Virus record (IMG/VR): IMGVR_UViG_3300028603_000022
Coordinates: 109,849-173,848 of that record
DNA from: a virus
Lineage: Duplodnaviria; Caudoviricetes
DNA length: 64,000 nt
Strand: one strand, 5' to 3'
The translations under genes were made by a program, and so were the position numbers. This document shows, piece after piece, positions 36,062 through 46,527 of the stretch; position 1 is the first letter of the stretch, and the number at the start of each line of letters is the position of its first letter. The notes beneath the pieces were generated by a model. That model had not been told where the DNA came from. It ran no database searches and saw nothing but the letters and a program-made list of their open reading frames with translations.

Positions 36062-37696
36062 TCAAACCCAATTAAAATTCTTTTGATTGCTAATAGAAGC
36101 CTTCTTAGTATTCATATCTTTAAGAGTATCAAAAAACTCCTGATCCAATATGTACTTACCTTGTCTTGTTTTAGGGTTATATTTATTAGGTGCTAGCTCC
36201 TGCCAGCCCAAGCCGCGTACGGCCCCCTGCATCATACCTACATTATGCTGCCAAATTCTGACTATTGGCTGCGGTTTCTTGAAAGGTGTGCAAACGCGGT
36301 TACTTAATTGTTCAAATAATGGCGCACCTATTTTTCTATCAGTGGAAGCGGACATAGGTATATAAGCATACAGCATAGAAGGGCGTAGGAAATCAAAACC
36401 CTCTTTAATCATAGATCTCATAGCTACAAGTATAGTTGGTCCAGATTTATCTACTTTTTGTAGAACTTTTTCTCTGTTAACACCATCATAAAATTTAATG
36501 GCTAGATTTTTAGGCCAATTTTCATTCTTATTTTCATTATTATAGGCAGCCTGCTTGTTCAACATTCTAACAAGACTGTCTATATGCTTCTTTCTATCTA
36601 GAGGAATGATAATGACTTCATGACCAGCTCTAAGATCAATGAATGCTTGTTTAATTACCTCTTTTTGTAAATCAAGATTGGAACTAATCCAATTCATCGC
36701 GTGATGATATATTTTATATTGTCTAGGTGGTACAACCTTTGACTTGAACCATTCTATTTTAGGCAATAAGGACGCGAAGGCAGAGGATACCGCTACCGGA
36801 CCCATAACTCGGTATACTAGAGTATGTCTGTTATCTTTTCTTCTAGGAGTGGCTGTAAGTCCTAGTCTATACTTAACTGAGCAAGCTGAAATAACTTTAA
36901 GATATCCGTCGGCGGCTGAACCATGAACTTCATCAACTACTAAATGACCATACTTGCCATTGACTATTTCAGCCATTTTCTTTGGTTTTCTGACTACCTT
37001 CTGGTAGTTTATAAGTAAGATGTCAACATCTTTCAGGTTAGTAAGGTCTTTAGGGGATTTAGCTATTCTGATTATTTCTTTACCAGTCTTTTCCTGTAGT
37101 TCAGGAATATTAGACATAGCGGGGCGCTTCTTGGTCCCCATAAAGGTGTTATAAAATTGCTGAATAAGTTCTTTTCTATTAGCTAGAATAACAGTTCGTT
37201 GACCTATTTTAATAGAGGTATAGCAAGCTAAGACTGTTTTTCCGCTTCTGGGCCTACCTCTGATAATACCATTCTTGACTTTGAGGTATTTCTTTATAAG
37301 TTTCTTTTGATTAACTCTAGGTATACCGTTTTCGTCTACGTGCCCTTCTCCAAATAGCTTTCCAGTAAATTTAATCGGGAATTTGAATGGTATATCAGGC
37401 CGTTTGTCAATTACTTTAAAATCTATATTTTTCTTTTCTAGAACCTTCTTTAACGCAGGAAAATCCCCTTGTGGAAGGCTCCAATACTTACCCGCATCTT
37501 TATACAAGCGGTAGGCGGCGTAAAAGGCTGGACAGCTTTTACAGAGTTCATTTTGAGGACTTCTGAACTCTAAATTTTCGCATTTCAAGCAGTCTTTTTC
37601 TTCGTATAAAGCCAATTCGTATCTAGACTTTATAGCTTTACTAGGGATAAGAGATTTATCCACTAGCATTCTTTCTTTAAGTACGATTTTTGACAT
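36062..37696 (-). CDS. superfamily 2 helicase
   Basis: PRSGKT, DEVH, GLTATP, EGFD. Confidence 0.9.
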   Translation of the reverse strand: MSKIVLKERMLVDKSLIPSKAIKSRYELALYEEKDCLKCENLEFRSPQNELCKSCPAFYAAYRLYKDAGKYWSLPQGDFPALKKVLEKKNIDFKVIDKRPDIPFKFPIKFTGKLFGEGHVDENGIPRVNQKKLIKKYLKVKNGIIRGRPRSGKTVLACYTSIKIGQRTVILANRKELIQQFYNTFMGTKKRPAMSNIPELQEKTGKEIIRIAKSPKDLTNLKDVDILLINYQKVVRKPKKMAEIVNGKYGHLVVDEVHGSAADGYLKVISACSVKYRLGLTATPRRKDNRHTLVYRVMGPVAVSSAFASLLPKIEWFKSKVVPPRQYKIYHHAMNWISSNLDLQKEVIKQAFIDLRAGHEVIIIPLDRKKHIDSLVRMLNKQAAYNNENKNENWPKNLAIKFYDGVNREKVLQKVDKSGPTILVAMRSMIKEGFDFLRPSMLYAYIPMSASTDRKIGAPLFEQLSNRVCTPFKKPQPIVRIWQHNVGMMQGAVRGLGWQELAPNKYNPKTRQGKYILDQEFFDTLKDMNTKKASISNQKNFNWV

Positions 37697-37697
37697 A

Positions 37698-37949
37698 TCA
37701 GATTGTTTTGTTGGAAGTAATTTGGTTTTTCAATTCTTCAATTTCTTGTTCTAGGCTTTTTATTTTAGCTAAATGTATAGGTCTATCATACATGGCTTGC
37801 ATAGATAAAAGATCGCCACCAAATTGAGCGTGAGCAGCTAATACATCAGGATGTATAACCGTTTGTTTTGGTACTTCAAGGAAAGAAGATGTATACTCGG
37901 ACCCGTCTACAGACCCATATTCAGATATAGTCGTAACACTATTAACCAT
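37698..37949 (-). CDS. hypothetical protein
   Basis: AAGG RBS. Confidence 0.55.
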   Translation of the reverse strand: MVNSVTTISEYGSVDGSEYTSSFLEVPKQTVIHPDVLAAHAQFGGDLLSMQAMYDRPIHLAKIKSLEQEIEELKNQITSNKTI

Positions 37950-38076
37950 TAGAAAATACCTTATTGTATTCAGAGTTTACCATACTACGAATTTCTTCTT
38001 CTGGAAGAAGAACCATAAGCTCTTATTGAATACGCTGAGTAACACGTAGGTTAAGATCATCATTTGGCTTAGTCAT
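37942..38076 (-). pseudogene. small gene with in-frame TAA at 38023-38025
   Basis: AAGGA RBS; MTKPNDDLNLRVTQRIQ*ELMVLLPEEEIRSMV... Confidence 0.4.
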
Positions 38077-38077
38077 G

Positions 38078-38587
38078 TTATCTATCCTTTGATTTCATCT
38101 CTAGTGCGTCATTAATGCGTTTCAGCATGAAGCCGGCCGAATCCGCGTCCTCAATCACTTCATCAGCTATCTTGGTGACTAACTTTAGACGTTCTTCTTG
38201 TTTAATAAGCGGGGCTAAAAGTAGTTCTACATAACCTTTACGTTCGGTCATGTTTCCTACAGATTGTAATTTACTGCTGTACTTAGAACTGATGTATTTT
38301 TTCAGGTATTCAATAGACTCTCTTAATACTAACTGCTGTTTTAACGCGGAGATTTTTATTTCAACACATCTAGATCTAATCGCTTGGTTGTCAATATTAG
38401 AGTCTATCGTTATTTTCAAACTAGATTGAAGTAATGAATTGGAATTTAATGCACGAATAGCTTTCCTAGAATGTAGGCTTTCTAGTTCAGTTAACCATAC
38501 CTCGTCTTTGGATTTCAAAGAAGATAGCTTTTTAGTGTGTTTTAAATACACTTTATCTTCTTTTAGAAGATCTCTAATGGAAGCCAT
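38078..38587 (-). CDS. helical hypothetical protein
   Basis: operon packing. Confidence 0.65.
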   Translation of the reverse strand: MASIRDLLKEDKVYLKHTKKLSSLKSKDEVWLTELESLHSRKAIRALNSNSLLQSSLKITIDSNIDNQAIRSRCVEIKISALKQQLVLRESIEYLKKYISSKYSSKLQSVGNMTERKGYVELLLAPLIKQEERLKLVTKIADEVIEDADSAGFMLKRINDALEMKSKDR

Positions 38588-38589
38588 CT

Positions 38590-39513
38590 TTATTTCTTCC
38601 TTATTCCAAGCTTAACGCACATATTCTGATAAGATTTAACCGTGAAATTGCCTGGGTCGCGACCCGTAGGAAACTTAGCATGAATAATAGGGAAATTGGA
38701 TAGTTTCTTCTCTAAAGTTTCTCTAGCTTTGTTCCCAGCTTCGTCAGGATCAGTAGCAATAACTATTATAGGTGGGTCTAGGGCTTCTATAAGACGAATT
38801 TTTCTATCTGATATGTACGCTCCACATAAACCCACAGCCCTACCACCGACTTGTCTCGTTTTCATAACATCGCGCGGTCCTTCTACTATCCATAAGGGTC
38901 CGCGCTGTTTCTTAGCTATGTTATATCCAAATAGAGCTTGTTTCATCCAAGCTCCACTAGTATTCACATAGGAAGACAAACCTTGTTCTTTTGTTTGTTT
39001 AGATACTACTTTACGAGCGTATATTCCACCTACGTAATCATTGTTTATAATAACAGGAAAATATAAAAAATCGTCTTCAAACCAATGATGTTCAGGCTGC
39101 GAACCTTCGTACATTCTTATTATTCTAGGCTCAATCTTACGCCATATTTTATTTTTAGGCCAATAAGCTAGATTAGTGTAGTCCTCTTTCTTTACCTTTT
39201 GATTTTCTTTTTTAGTCGTGTCTGAAATAGAGAAGTTAAACACGTCGTTGATTTGGTCAGCGGCGTTAAACCCTTTTAGACCAGTAGCTGCAGCAAATTT
39301 GTTCCAACTACCATTAGCTTTGCAAGCTAAACAATTAAACACGCCTACAGGTATTCTAGGCTTAGATAAGTTAATACCGCAAGAAGGGGTTCTTTCATTG
39401 CCACCCGCATGCATAGGACATTTCACCATGATATGATCCCCTTTGTTTTTAGGATCAAATCGTGATGACATAGAGTTTATTTGAGTTAGTACGTGCGAGG
39501 CTTTATCAATCAT
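38590..39513 (-). CDS. DNA primase (Zn finger + TOPRIM)
   Basis: CPMH...ERTPSC...CLAC; IVEGPRD; DPDEAG. Confidence 0.9.
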   Translation of the reverse strand: MIDKASHVLTQINSMSSRFDPKNKGDHIMVKCPMHAGGNERTPSCGINLSKPRIPVGVFNCLACKANGSWNKFAAATGLKGFNAADQINDVFNFSISDTTKKENQKVKKEDYTNLAYWPKNKIWRKIEPRIIRMYEGSQPEHHWFEDDFLYFPVIINNDYVGGIYARKVVSKQTKEQGLSSYVNTSGAWMKQALFGYNIAKKQRGPLWIVEGPRDVMKTRQVGGRAVGLCGAYISDRKIRLIEALDPPIIVIATDPDEAGNKARETLEKKLSNFPIIHAKFPTGRDPGNFTVKSYQNMCVKLGIRKK

Positions 39514-40091
39514 TTGGGGTTTCTACGTCCTAATACCCCTACTTTACTACCAACTACATTCCCATACATAGGATCGGAATCTTTTTCTAGCTTGTCTGCC
39601 ACCTTATTTGTTATCTCTTGAAGGTCTTTTTCTATACCTTCTGACCCTTTTATATACCCTACAGGGCCTTTAGATCTAGCATTTGTAAGACGTTTTCCTG
39701 TTAACAGTGTTAACACTATTTCTTTTCTGGTTTCTTCATCAGTAATAAAAGAAAAGGCTTCATTATAACCGTGCGCTAATAATGCTAATGTAAATCCTAC
39801 GTCTAGAGAATCCTTAGTTTTATCTGTATCCACTAAGATAGCTTCTTCCATAGCTTCTTTAATAGAAGACTCTACATTGGATAAGGCTGTACCCATAGCT
39901 AGACGTGATACCACCAAATCTAGTATAGCTTGTTTATGTATTTTGTATTTGTTTACAAAGACTTTTTGGATTATATCTACTGGAATATCATCAAACGTAT
40001 CGGAATCAAACACTTGATCCGTTTTATCTGCTACTACAGTATTAATATCAAGTCTTTTTAGCTCCGATCGTCGTATTACTTTCTTTTTCAT
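39510..40091 (-). CDS. hypothetical protein
   Basis: ATGA overlaps on both sides. Confidence 0.7.
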   Translation of the reverse strand: MKKKVIRRSELKRLDINTVVADKTDQVFDSDTFDDIPVDIIQKVFVNKYKIHKQAILDLVVSRLAMGTALSNVESSIKEAMEEAILVDTDKTKDSLDVGFTLALLAHGYNEAFSFITDEETRKEIVLTLLTGKRLTNARSKGPVGYIKGSEGIEKDLQEITNKVADKLEKDSDPMYGNVVGSKVGVLGRRNPK

Positions 40092-41041
40092 AGCGATAAA
40101 CCTTCTTTCGAGCGTTTATAATCTATGAAAGAAAGTACAGCATCTTCATTTAGATTAAAGCCATTAGGACAATGTAGGACTTCGTTGAAATCCTGAATCA
40201 CATTTTGGTGGCCGTAACCATTATCTTCTGATAACCTTCTTCTGGATTCATCATTGTAGTATTCACGAATACAATGTGTATACCCATGCATAGACCTATT
40301 CGCATAATTAACCGCATGGTCTATTGAGTAAAAAGGTCTAACCCAATAGTAGGATTGAATGGCTCTTTGAACTAAGTCTTGTTTTATATCTCTAGGCTCA
40401 AATCTGTTACTGTCCGCGATGAATCTTAGTTTCCTGTAAGAAAACTTATTGGCCGTTTTCTCAAACATGGATATAATTTTTGGGTTATCTGCCTCTTTAG
40501 CTAAAGTATCTACGTCTAGAGTAAATTTAAGGTCTTCTATTGTGTTTATTTGATCTATGAACGCATCTATATCATAATTATGGTACAGCATATGATATAG
40601 GATAGCGTCATCAGCGGTTAACCCGCATTCTTTAAAATGTTGCTCAATTTCAAAAGAGTTATCGGGGGTTAATTTCTGGATAACACATCGTAGCGTAGCT
40701 ATTTTATACTTTAGAATAGAATCGGACATAAAAACCCGATCCTTAGTTTTAGTAACCACATCTTTATGAACCGTAGTTAATCTGCGGATAGTTTTTGTAT
40801 TTACTATTCTAAGAGTATACAGATACGCTAAATATATAAGTGAGAAGGCTTCCGTACTGGATATATCATTATTAGAGAATGGGATAGCTCTAGTCAAAGA
40901 TATGTTAAATAGATCAAGATTGTATACGTGTCTTTCTCTACGTCTTCCTACTAGGGCTATAAGTCCTTCGTCTGAAATACGGAAAGCCACTCTACGTAGA
41001 TTTCTAGTGCTTTTTTCAGTTAAAGCTACCATCTTTTTCAT
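40088..41041 (-). CDS. hypothetical protein, possible divergent sigma-like factor
   Basis: C-terminal DIKQDLVQRAIQSYY...YANRSM weakly resembles sigma region 2. Confidence 0.6.
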   Translation of the reverse strand: MKKMVALTEKSTRNLRRVAFRISDEGLIALVGRRRERHVYNLDLFNISLTRAIPFSNNDISSTEAFSLIYLAYLYTLRIVNTKTIRRLTTVHKDVVTKTKDRVFMSDSILKYKIATLRCVIQKLTPDNSFEIEQHFKECGLTADDAILYHMLYHNYDIDAFIDQINTIEDLKFTLDVDTLAKEADNPKIISMFEKTANKFSYRKLRFIADSNRFEPRDIKQDLVQRAIQSYYWVRPFYSIDHAVNYANRSMHGYTHCIREYYNDESRRRLSEDNGYGHQNVIQDFNEVLHCPNGFNLNEDAVLSFIDYKRSKEGLSL

Positions 41042-41057
41042 AATAACAGCCCCTTCG

Positions 41058-41510
41058 TCAACGTGTAGTTATTTTATCTTGTATAAGGTATTTTATCATT
41101 TTAGGTAGAGAAGTAAACCCCAAATCTCTTTTAAGAACATGCGCCATACGAAGTTCTTCTTCGGAGAAAGAGATTTGTACCATATTACGGCTTTCATCAG
41201 CCTTACTTTGTCCTGTCTGTACAAATCTAATTTTAGATTGTAAGATATAGATGGCTAAAGTATTAGCTCGATTAAAGTATGTAGCTTTAGGGAAATTAAT
41301 ACGGTTTACGTGCTTTCCTTCTTCCTTATTTTTAAATCGGTATTCCCCTTCTCTATGCACTAATCTATGACAAGTAGGACATAAAGGAACAGTTCTACCG
41401 TCTTTAGGTCCATTGTATTGCACAGGAATTATATGATGCTGATCCGATACATTTTTTGTATCACAGCAGTAACACTCATTCTTTGTTACTACATTGGGAT
41501 CAGCTACCAT
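41058..41510 (-). CDS. HNH nuclease with C-terminal DNA-binding-like segment
   Basis: CYCC...HHIIPVQYNG...LCPTCHRLVH. Confidence 0.8.
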   Translation of the reverse strand: MVADPNVVTKNECYCCDTKNVSDQHHIIPVQYNGPKDGRTVPLCPTCHRLVHREGEYRFKNKEEGKHVNRINFPKATYFNRANTLAIYILQSKIRFVQTGQSKADESRNMVQISFSEEELRMAHVLKRDLGFTSLPKMIKYLIQDKITTR

Positions 41511-42793
41511 GGTAGATACCTCAATGGTTTAGTATCTCTAGCTATGTATAAAGGGTGGCTTGGATACCCCTTCTTTGTCATTTTCAAGCATTTCAAATTA
41601 CCGTACTTAGCACCTAATTTATTTATTTTGTTTGCTTCATGAATACCTGTAGGTAATTTTTCAATGTTATTACCGTAAGCCAGAAGAATGTCGGGTTTAA
41701 TACGCCATCTATGAACTACCTGATTAAGGGTTTTCTTTATAGCGTAATAGTTGTATTTTCCAAAAGGATCGTTATGCTTTAACATGTCTTTGGGTTCCGT
41801 AGCTCTTAAAGCCGCGAAATTGATGACTACGAACCCTCCACATGATCTATGTTTAGCTAGATTCTCTATTATTTGAACAGTAGGATCATTTTTGAACGCA
41901 TCCGCTGTGGATGGATTCAGCATTATAGCTATCAAAGGTTTGTTTGTAGACCATTGCCTAGATAGATAGTATCTATACTGATCGTCTTCGCTGAATACCG
42001 CGCAACTGTCTATATCAAATTGACTATGCGTAGATAGTTTAAGATCATCTATGATAAGACTGTTACCTATATCTGTCAGCGATAACAAGCCATCATTTTT
42101 ACTAGATACAGTAGTCAAAGATTTAAGATAGGCTGAACTATTGGGTTTCAGTGTATCAGGTTTATTTATAGGCTTACCAAAGTGTTTACGTAGGAAATCC
42201 CTATAAACCGGGTTAAAAGCCCATACGGGCGGTAAACTTTGGTGCCAATCTACGTCTCTAGCGTCGAGATATAACCATTTATGAAGCAAAGCTAGCTTAT
42301 ACCTAGTGTTGGTGTTTACATCGGGGTGTAATACACAATCACCTTCATATTTTTTATTATATTGAGATTTGAACTGGTTATAGTTAAAAAATTCTTCAAA
42401 TTCTATTTTAGTAATGTCACTATGAGGATAATTTGTTTTCGGAAGATATGATAGAGCCTCTACCATTACATCGTTTAATTGATTGTACGGCTTACAATTA
42501 TCTTCTTTTCGATATCTAAGATAATATTGCTCATTTAATTCTTGAGCATTTATTAAAGCCCATTCAAAATGAAGTCTGTCCTTCATAACCCAATCTACTA
42601 CAGGATGTTTATACGTAGAAGCGTGGGCTTTATAGAGTTTTGATTCAAACTTCTTCAAAGGCTTTAAGTCAAGTCTACGTATAGCGGAAGACATTATCTC
42701 ATAGGATTCAAAGCATAGCCTAGCTAACCTCTTTGAATCTATAGATTTAGCCGATTTTTTAGGACATTTATGAGGAGCAAATATGTTAGGCAT
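41504..42793 (-). CDS. fusion of a DenV-like pyrimidine-dimer glycosylase domain and a DUF1643-like domain
   Basis: N-term MPNIF...SA...D..R...ES...HP..DW; C-term YRYYLSRQW, LNPSTADA..NDPT, RATEP, HPLY. Confidence 0.7.
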   Translation of the reverse strand: MPNIFAPHKCPKKSAKSIDSKRLARLCFESYEIMSSAIRRLDLKPLKKFESKLYKAHASTYKHPVVDWVMKDRLHFEWALINAQELNEQYYLRYRKEDNCKPYNQLNDVMVEALSYLPKTNYPHSDITKIEFEEFFNYNQFKSQYNKKYEGDCVLHPDVNTNTRYKLALLHKWLYLDARDVDWHQSLPPVWAFNPVYRDFLRKHFGKPINKPDTLKPNSSAYLKSLTTVSSKNDGLLSLTDIGNSLIIDDLKLSTHSQFDIDSCAVFSEDDQYRYYLSRQWSTNKPLIAIMLNPSTADAFKNDPTVQIIENLAKHRSCGGFVVINFAALRATEPKDMLKHNDPFGKYNYYAIKKTLNQVVHRWRIKPDILLAYGNNIEKLPTGIHEANKINKLGAKYGNLKCLKMTKKGYPSHPLYIARDTKPLRYLPW

Positions 42794-42805
42794 TACTGCT
42801 TCCGT

Positions 42806-43111
42806 TCAAGATTTCTTACCGCCTATATGCTCAGTACCATCAAAAGGCACATGTAACATATATCCTTGTTTATGCGGAGATTGTACGTTGAACTGTTTAG
42901 CGTCTTTGGGGAGTGTCTTTTTACCAGAAACGTGGAGGACTTTATCCGAAGTAGGAATCGGGTTATCTGGTATAGACAGATCAGGGAAGAAAGGACGGGA
43001 AGAAACCCCGTGTTTAGCTAAATAAGATAAGTACCCTGTTCTCTTTAAGGTCTTATCTAATTCCTTTTTAGCTTTAGCAATACGTTGCTGTCTAGATAAT
43101 TTATTTGTCAA
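42806..43111 (-). CDS. basic hypothetical protein
   Basis: GGAGG RBS, TTG start, downstream of a sigma70-like promoter. Confidence 0.7.
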   Translation of the reverse strand: MTNKLSRQQRIAKAKKELDKTLKRTGYLSYLAKHGVSSRPFFPDLSIPDNPIPTSDKVLHVSGKKTLPKDAKQFNVQSPHKQGYMLHVPFDGTEHIGGKKS

Positions 43112-43144
43112 ATTACCCTCCCGCAGTAATTGTCCCTTACCTAC

Positions 43145-43173
43145 ATAATACCATATTCCTTCTTGATAGTCAA
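43145..43173 (-). promoter_or_regulatory. sigma70-like promoter
   Basis: TTGACT-N17-TATTAT with extended TG. Confidence 0.65.
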
Positions 43174-43207
43174 GACCCTGATTTTACTACATAATTTGTA
43201 GCTTAAC

Positions 43208-45553
43208 CTATTTCTTTCGTCCTACAATACCAATATTACTATAATTAGTTGTAGGACCAGCACTACTGCTAACAGATGTAACAACACCAATGTTATTCGC
43301 CCCCATAACTCTAGAACCTCCCGAACTACCTAAAGCTACAGTACCTAAAGCTATCTTTGGAATATAGGAAGATACAGAAAAAGAGAGAACTTCAGCCAAA
43401 ATATCTTCATCTTGAAGACCTGCGTGACATACTACACATGACCTAAGTATATCATCTGTAGTGCCTTCCTCTCCCTTAACTACAGCGGTTCCAGTATTCT
43501 GTACTGTCATCATCTGAAAAGCTAAATGAGCTACAGGTGTCTTAGCAAAACATTGAGGGTAGTCCTCCAATGTCATTTCAGATATATCTTTGAATTTCAT
43601 ATCGAGTTTTGGATGGTTAATAAGCTCATGATACATACCATCTTTATAGTCTATGAACTCTTGCATACCTACTTTTAGCTCATAATAGGAAATACCTAAA
43701 GAATCTTCCAAATCTTGTTGAATTTTCTTATTTTGCCAACTATCAGAAATAACCACAGCGACATTAAATTCTTCACATAGTGGCTGTAATATATTCTTAT
43801 ACACAGATGTAAACGATATAGGATAGTCTTTTCTAGGTATAATTTCCCCTACAGCAACTACTTCCATACCAACTAAGACATTTTCTTCATCCTCATCGTC
43901 TATATCAGGTATAGACGTAGGGAAGGCTATAGAAAAAGCAAACGAATTATTACTGTATCCCGCGTCTAACCCTAAGATAGAGCCTCCACCTAAAGGTGCA
44001 GCTATCCGTCTGGTTATTTTATAATGACCAGAAGTAGCTAGTTTCTTAGATTTAGTTTTAATACGTTTTGTGGTTGTTAGTATAGCGTTTTTCTGATTTC
44101 CAAATGTTTCTTCTATAAGTTCTTCGTCTTTAATCCAAGGATTAGACGACATAGGCGGTTCACAACCGTAGTCTCTCATGGCGGCTGTGTAGTCAGTACG
44201 AAATTCTTCGTTGAACGCCTCTCTAGGTAGATTTGGATTAGCTAACCATGTCGGAGTTTTAAGTGTGTAAACTTCTTTAGACCCTTGAGACTTACGGAAT
44301 CTAGTCATGATAAGATCATTGCGAGCAGAGGGAGAGCTTATCATGGCTAAGTTCGGTTTAGGTAGATTATAATAACCCTGTTCAAATCTTTTTTGGTAAG
44401 CTACTCTCATTGTAGTAAGAGATCGTTTTAGGGCCGCGTAGACCTCATTACCGTTCATACGCTCGAAGTCACCACCTTGCTTCTTTTGCCCTACACGAAA
44501 CCACCCAGCTTCGTCGCATACAGCGCTGATTCTGGTTCTGCCGCGTAGGCTTCTTTGTGAAGGAGAAGCTGGCGCTAAAATCATATTTTTATGTCGGTAC
44601 GTAAGAATAGTTTCACTGTGTTTATATAACTCCTCTCCGAGTTTGAATCCCATTTCCGTCAAAAATTTGTGATACTGCTTATACCAGTTGGAATCAAGAA
44701 GAATTGCATTAAGCGGATCCCAAAAAGAACCCTTAGCTTGTCCAAAAGTAGTAGCTGTATACGTACCAGTAAAAACTGATGATTGTAATACTTTAAAAGT
44801 AGAAGGTAAGTTAGGAGTTGTAACCCATCTAGCGATGTTATACGATTCTATCATGGTCGATAATATCGACTTGCCACTTCTCTGGCCCAGGATGCTAATT
44901 AATTCTACAGGGTCGTTTAGCTCTTCATTGGTAACTAAATCGTATTTTGTAGCCTTACAACGTGGACATTTACCGTTTTTAAGGAAAACCACGTTTGATT
45001 TTACGTCATCTAAGGTATCAGCTACAGGAATGTCTTCTATATACGCTTCGTCACTGCATCTAGGACACCATTCAGCCATAAAATGCAGCGCAATTTGCAT
45101 CTGTTTAGCAAAGGGTTGCTGGTCTCCTCCAATAAATTCCTCTTTTGTCATCCAATCTATTACATTAGCGGGTTTAGGTATATCCCTATCATTGATTTTT
45201 AGATCGGGGGGAAGCGGATTACCTGAATCCAATACACTTTCAATCAAATCAGATATAGAGTCTTCTTTAATATGCTTTTCAGTAATGTTTACTTTGGAAT
45301 TGAACCCTAAACGCTCATTCTTAATAGATTCGGTCTTTTTATTTTTATTTTTATTCTTTTTCTTCTTTCGTTCTTCGTATTCGTTGTCTTCTTCGATAAC
45401 ATCATATATAGAAGCATCAAACTCCGTAGTGAAGCGTGTACAAGCGTAGTCCATATCCTTATTAGGATCACGACACATAAGCCATTTAGAACATAGAAGA
45501 CAATTTCTTTTTAAATCAGCTTTAACAGGTGAACCTAGAGTTACCTTGTTCAT
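43208..45553 (-). CDS. terL: terminase large subunit
   Basis: GQRSGKS Walker A, LRGRT..AVCDEAG Walker B, ISSP motif III, GLDAG nuclease, C-terminal TDD; CPRC..CPRC insertion. Confidence 0.85.
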   Translation of the reverse strand: MNKVTLGSPVKADLKRNCLLCSKWLMCRDPNKDMDYACTRFTTEFDASIYDVIEEDNEYEERKKKKNKNKNKKTESIKNERLGFNSKVNITEKHIKEDSISDLIESVLDSGNPLPPDLKINDRDIPKPANVIDWMTKEEFIGGDQQPFAKQMQIALHFMAEWCPRCSDEAYIEDIPVADTLDDVKSNVVFLKNGKCPRCKATKYDLVTNEELNDPVELISILGQRSGKSILSTMIESYNIARWVTTPNLPSTFKVLQSSVFTGTYTATTFGQAKGSFWDPLNAILLDSNWYKQYHKFLTEMGFKLGEELYKHSETILTYRHKNMILAPASPSQRSLRGRTRISAVCDEAGWFRVGQKKQGGDFERMNGNEVYAALKRSLTTMRVAYQKRFEQGYYNLPKPNLAMISSPSARNDLIMTRFRKSQGSKEVYTLKTPTWLANPNLPREAFNEEFRTDYTAAMRDYGCEPPMSSNPWIKDEELIEETFGNQKNAILTTTKRIKTKSKKLATSGHYKITRRIAAPLGGGSILGLDAGYSNNSFAFSIAFPTSIPDIDDEDEENVLVGMEVVAVGEIIPRKDYPISFTSVYKNILQPLCEEFNVAVVISDSWQNKKIQQDLEDSLGISYYELKVGMQEFIDYKDGMYHELINHPKLDMKFKDISEMTLEDYPQCFAKTPVAHLAFQMMTVQNTGTAVVKGEEGTTDDILRSCVVCHAGLQDEDILAEVLSFSVSSYIPKIALGTVALGSSGGSRVMGANNIGVVTSVSSSAGPTTNYSNIGIVGRKK

Positions 45554-46527
45554 GTTGTTTCTTTCGTTGTATTATTTGTCCTTCTATTGAGAAGGGCATT
45601 CCATTTCTTATCCAGCTTGGAGAAGAACTCTTTAATGCTTTTAGACTTGGTTTTCTTTAATAGAGCATCAAATCGCTGTTTAATGTCTATAGAGTCTGTT
45701 CTAAAATTATGTATGTCATTTTTATAATAACTGTATAGATCGATATTATAATCGAAGGTAATTCGGCTACGCGTTCTTTTAGACAACTTATCTAGGGAGT
45801 CATACCTAATCAATTCACCTAATTGGTCTATCCAATCAGGTGAATACCAGTCTTTATTCTTCTTTTTGACTATCTTAGAACGGCCCATAGCTATATAGCT
45901 AATACCTTTTTTAAGAGGTACATTTTGATCCATAACGCTTAGAATAAGTTCCCGATCTTCTTTCTTTTCAACGCCACGTAAATAACCCTGTTTATTAGTT
46001 TCTGTGAAGAATTTAACAGGTATTTTACGCTGCTTAGCTAGAATAACTAACTTTCTAAGGTACGAGATATAAGAGTCTTTCATATCAGAGGTATGAATAT
46101 ATACACGTATTTCTTTAATAGCTTTAGATACGCCTTTGAAAACTGGATCAGAATAGAACATTCGTTCTTCTGCTTCTCTACCTGAACCCATTTGTCTGCC
46201 ATATAGACCTAAAGTAAAATATTGAACAGGTTTAAAAATGGCGTTTCTAGTTTTTAATTTACGCTTGTCAAATACAAATAGAATAGGATAGTTAATAGAA
46301 CGTAAACCACTACTACGATCGGCTATATAACCAGAAGAAACCGTTCTGGCAAAAGATATGTACCAAGGTTTATACGAACCCATTTGAGCTTCAGATTCAT
46401 TAGTTTCAGACAAAGATAGATGAAAAGAATCTGTTTTTAGTATAGAATAAGCTTTGTAAAATTGTGTGTTATGAAACAGAAAATAATCAGTTACAGCAGC
46501 TAACTCTAAATATTTAAGGTATCTCAT
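45550..46527 (-). CDS. ADP-ribosyltransferase-fold-like protein, probable virion-internal protein
   Basis: LFHNT...ISFART...EAEER; N-terminus MRYLKYLELA. Confidence 0.6.
   Translation of the reverse strand: MRYLKYLELAAVTDYFLFHNTQFYKAYSILKTDSFHLSLSETNESEAQMGSYKPWYISFARTVSSGYIADRSSGLRSINYPILFVFDKRKLKTRNAIFKPVQYFTLGLYGRQMGSGREAEERMFYSDPVFKGVSKAIKEIRVYIHTSDMKDSYISYLRKLVILAKQRKIPVKFFTETNKQGYLRGVEKKEDRELILSVMDQNVPLKKGISYIAMGRSKIVKKKNKDWYSPDWIDQLGELIRYDSLDKLSKRTRSRITFDYNIDLYSYYKNDIHNFRTDSIDIKQRFDALLKKTKSKSIKEFFSKLDKKWNALLNRRTNNTTKETT

Noticed and set aside
44688-45449. 253-aa + strand ORF and similar antisense ORFs over the helicases and topoisomerase
   Set aside because: Antisense shadows of motif-bearing genes, with no RBS or motifs.
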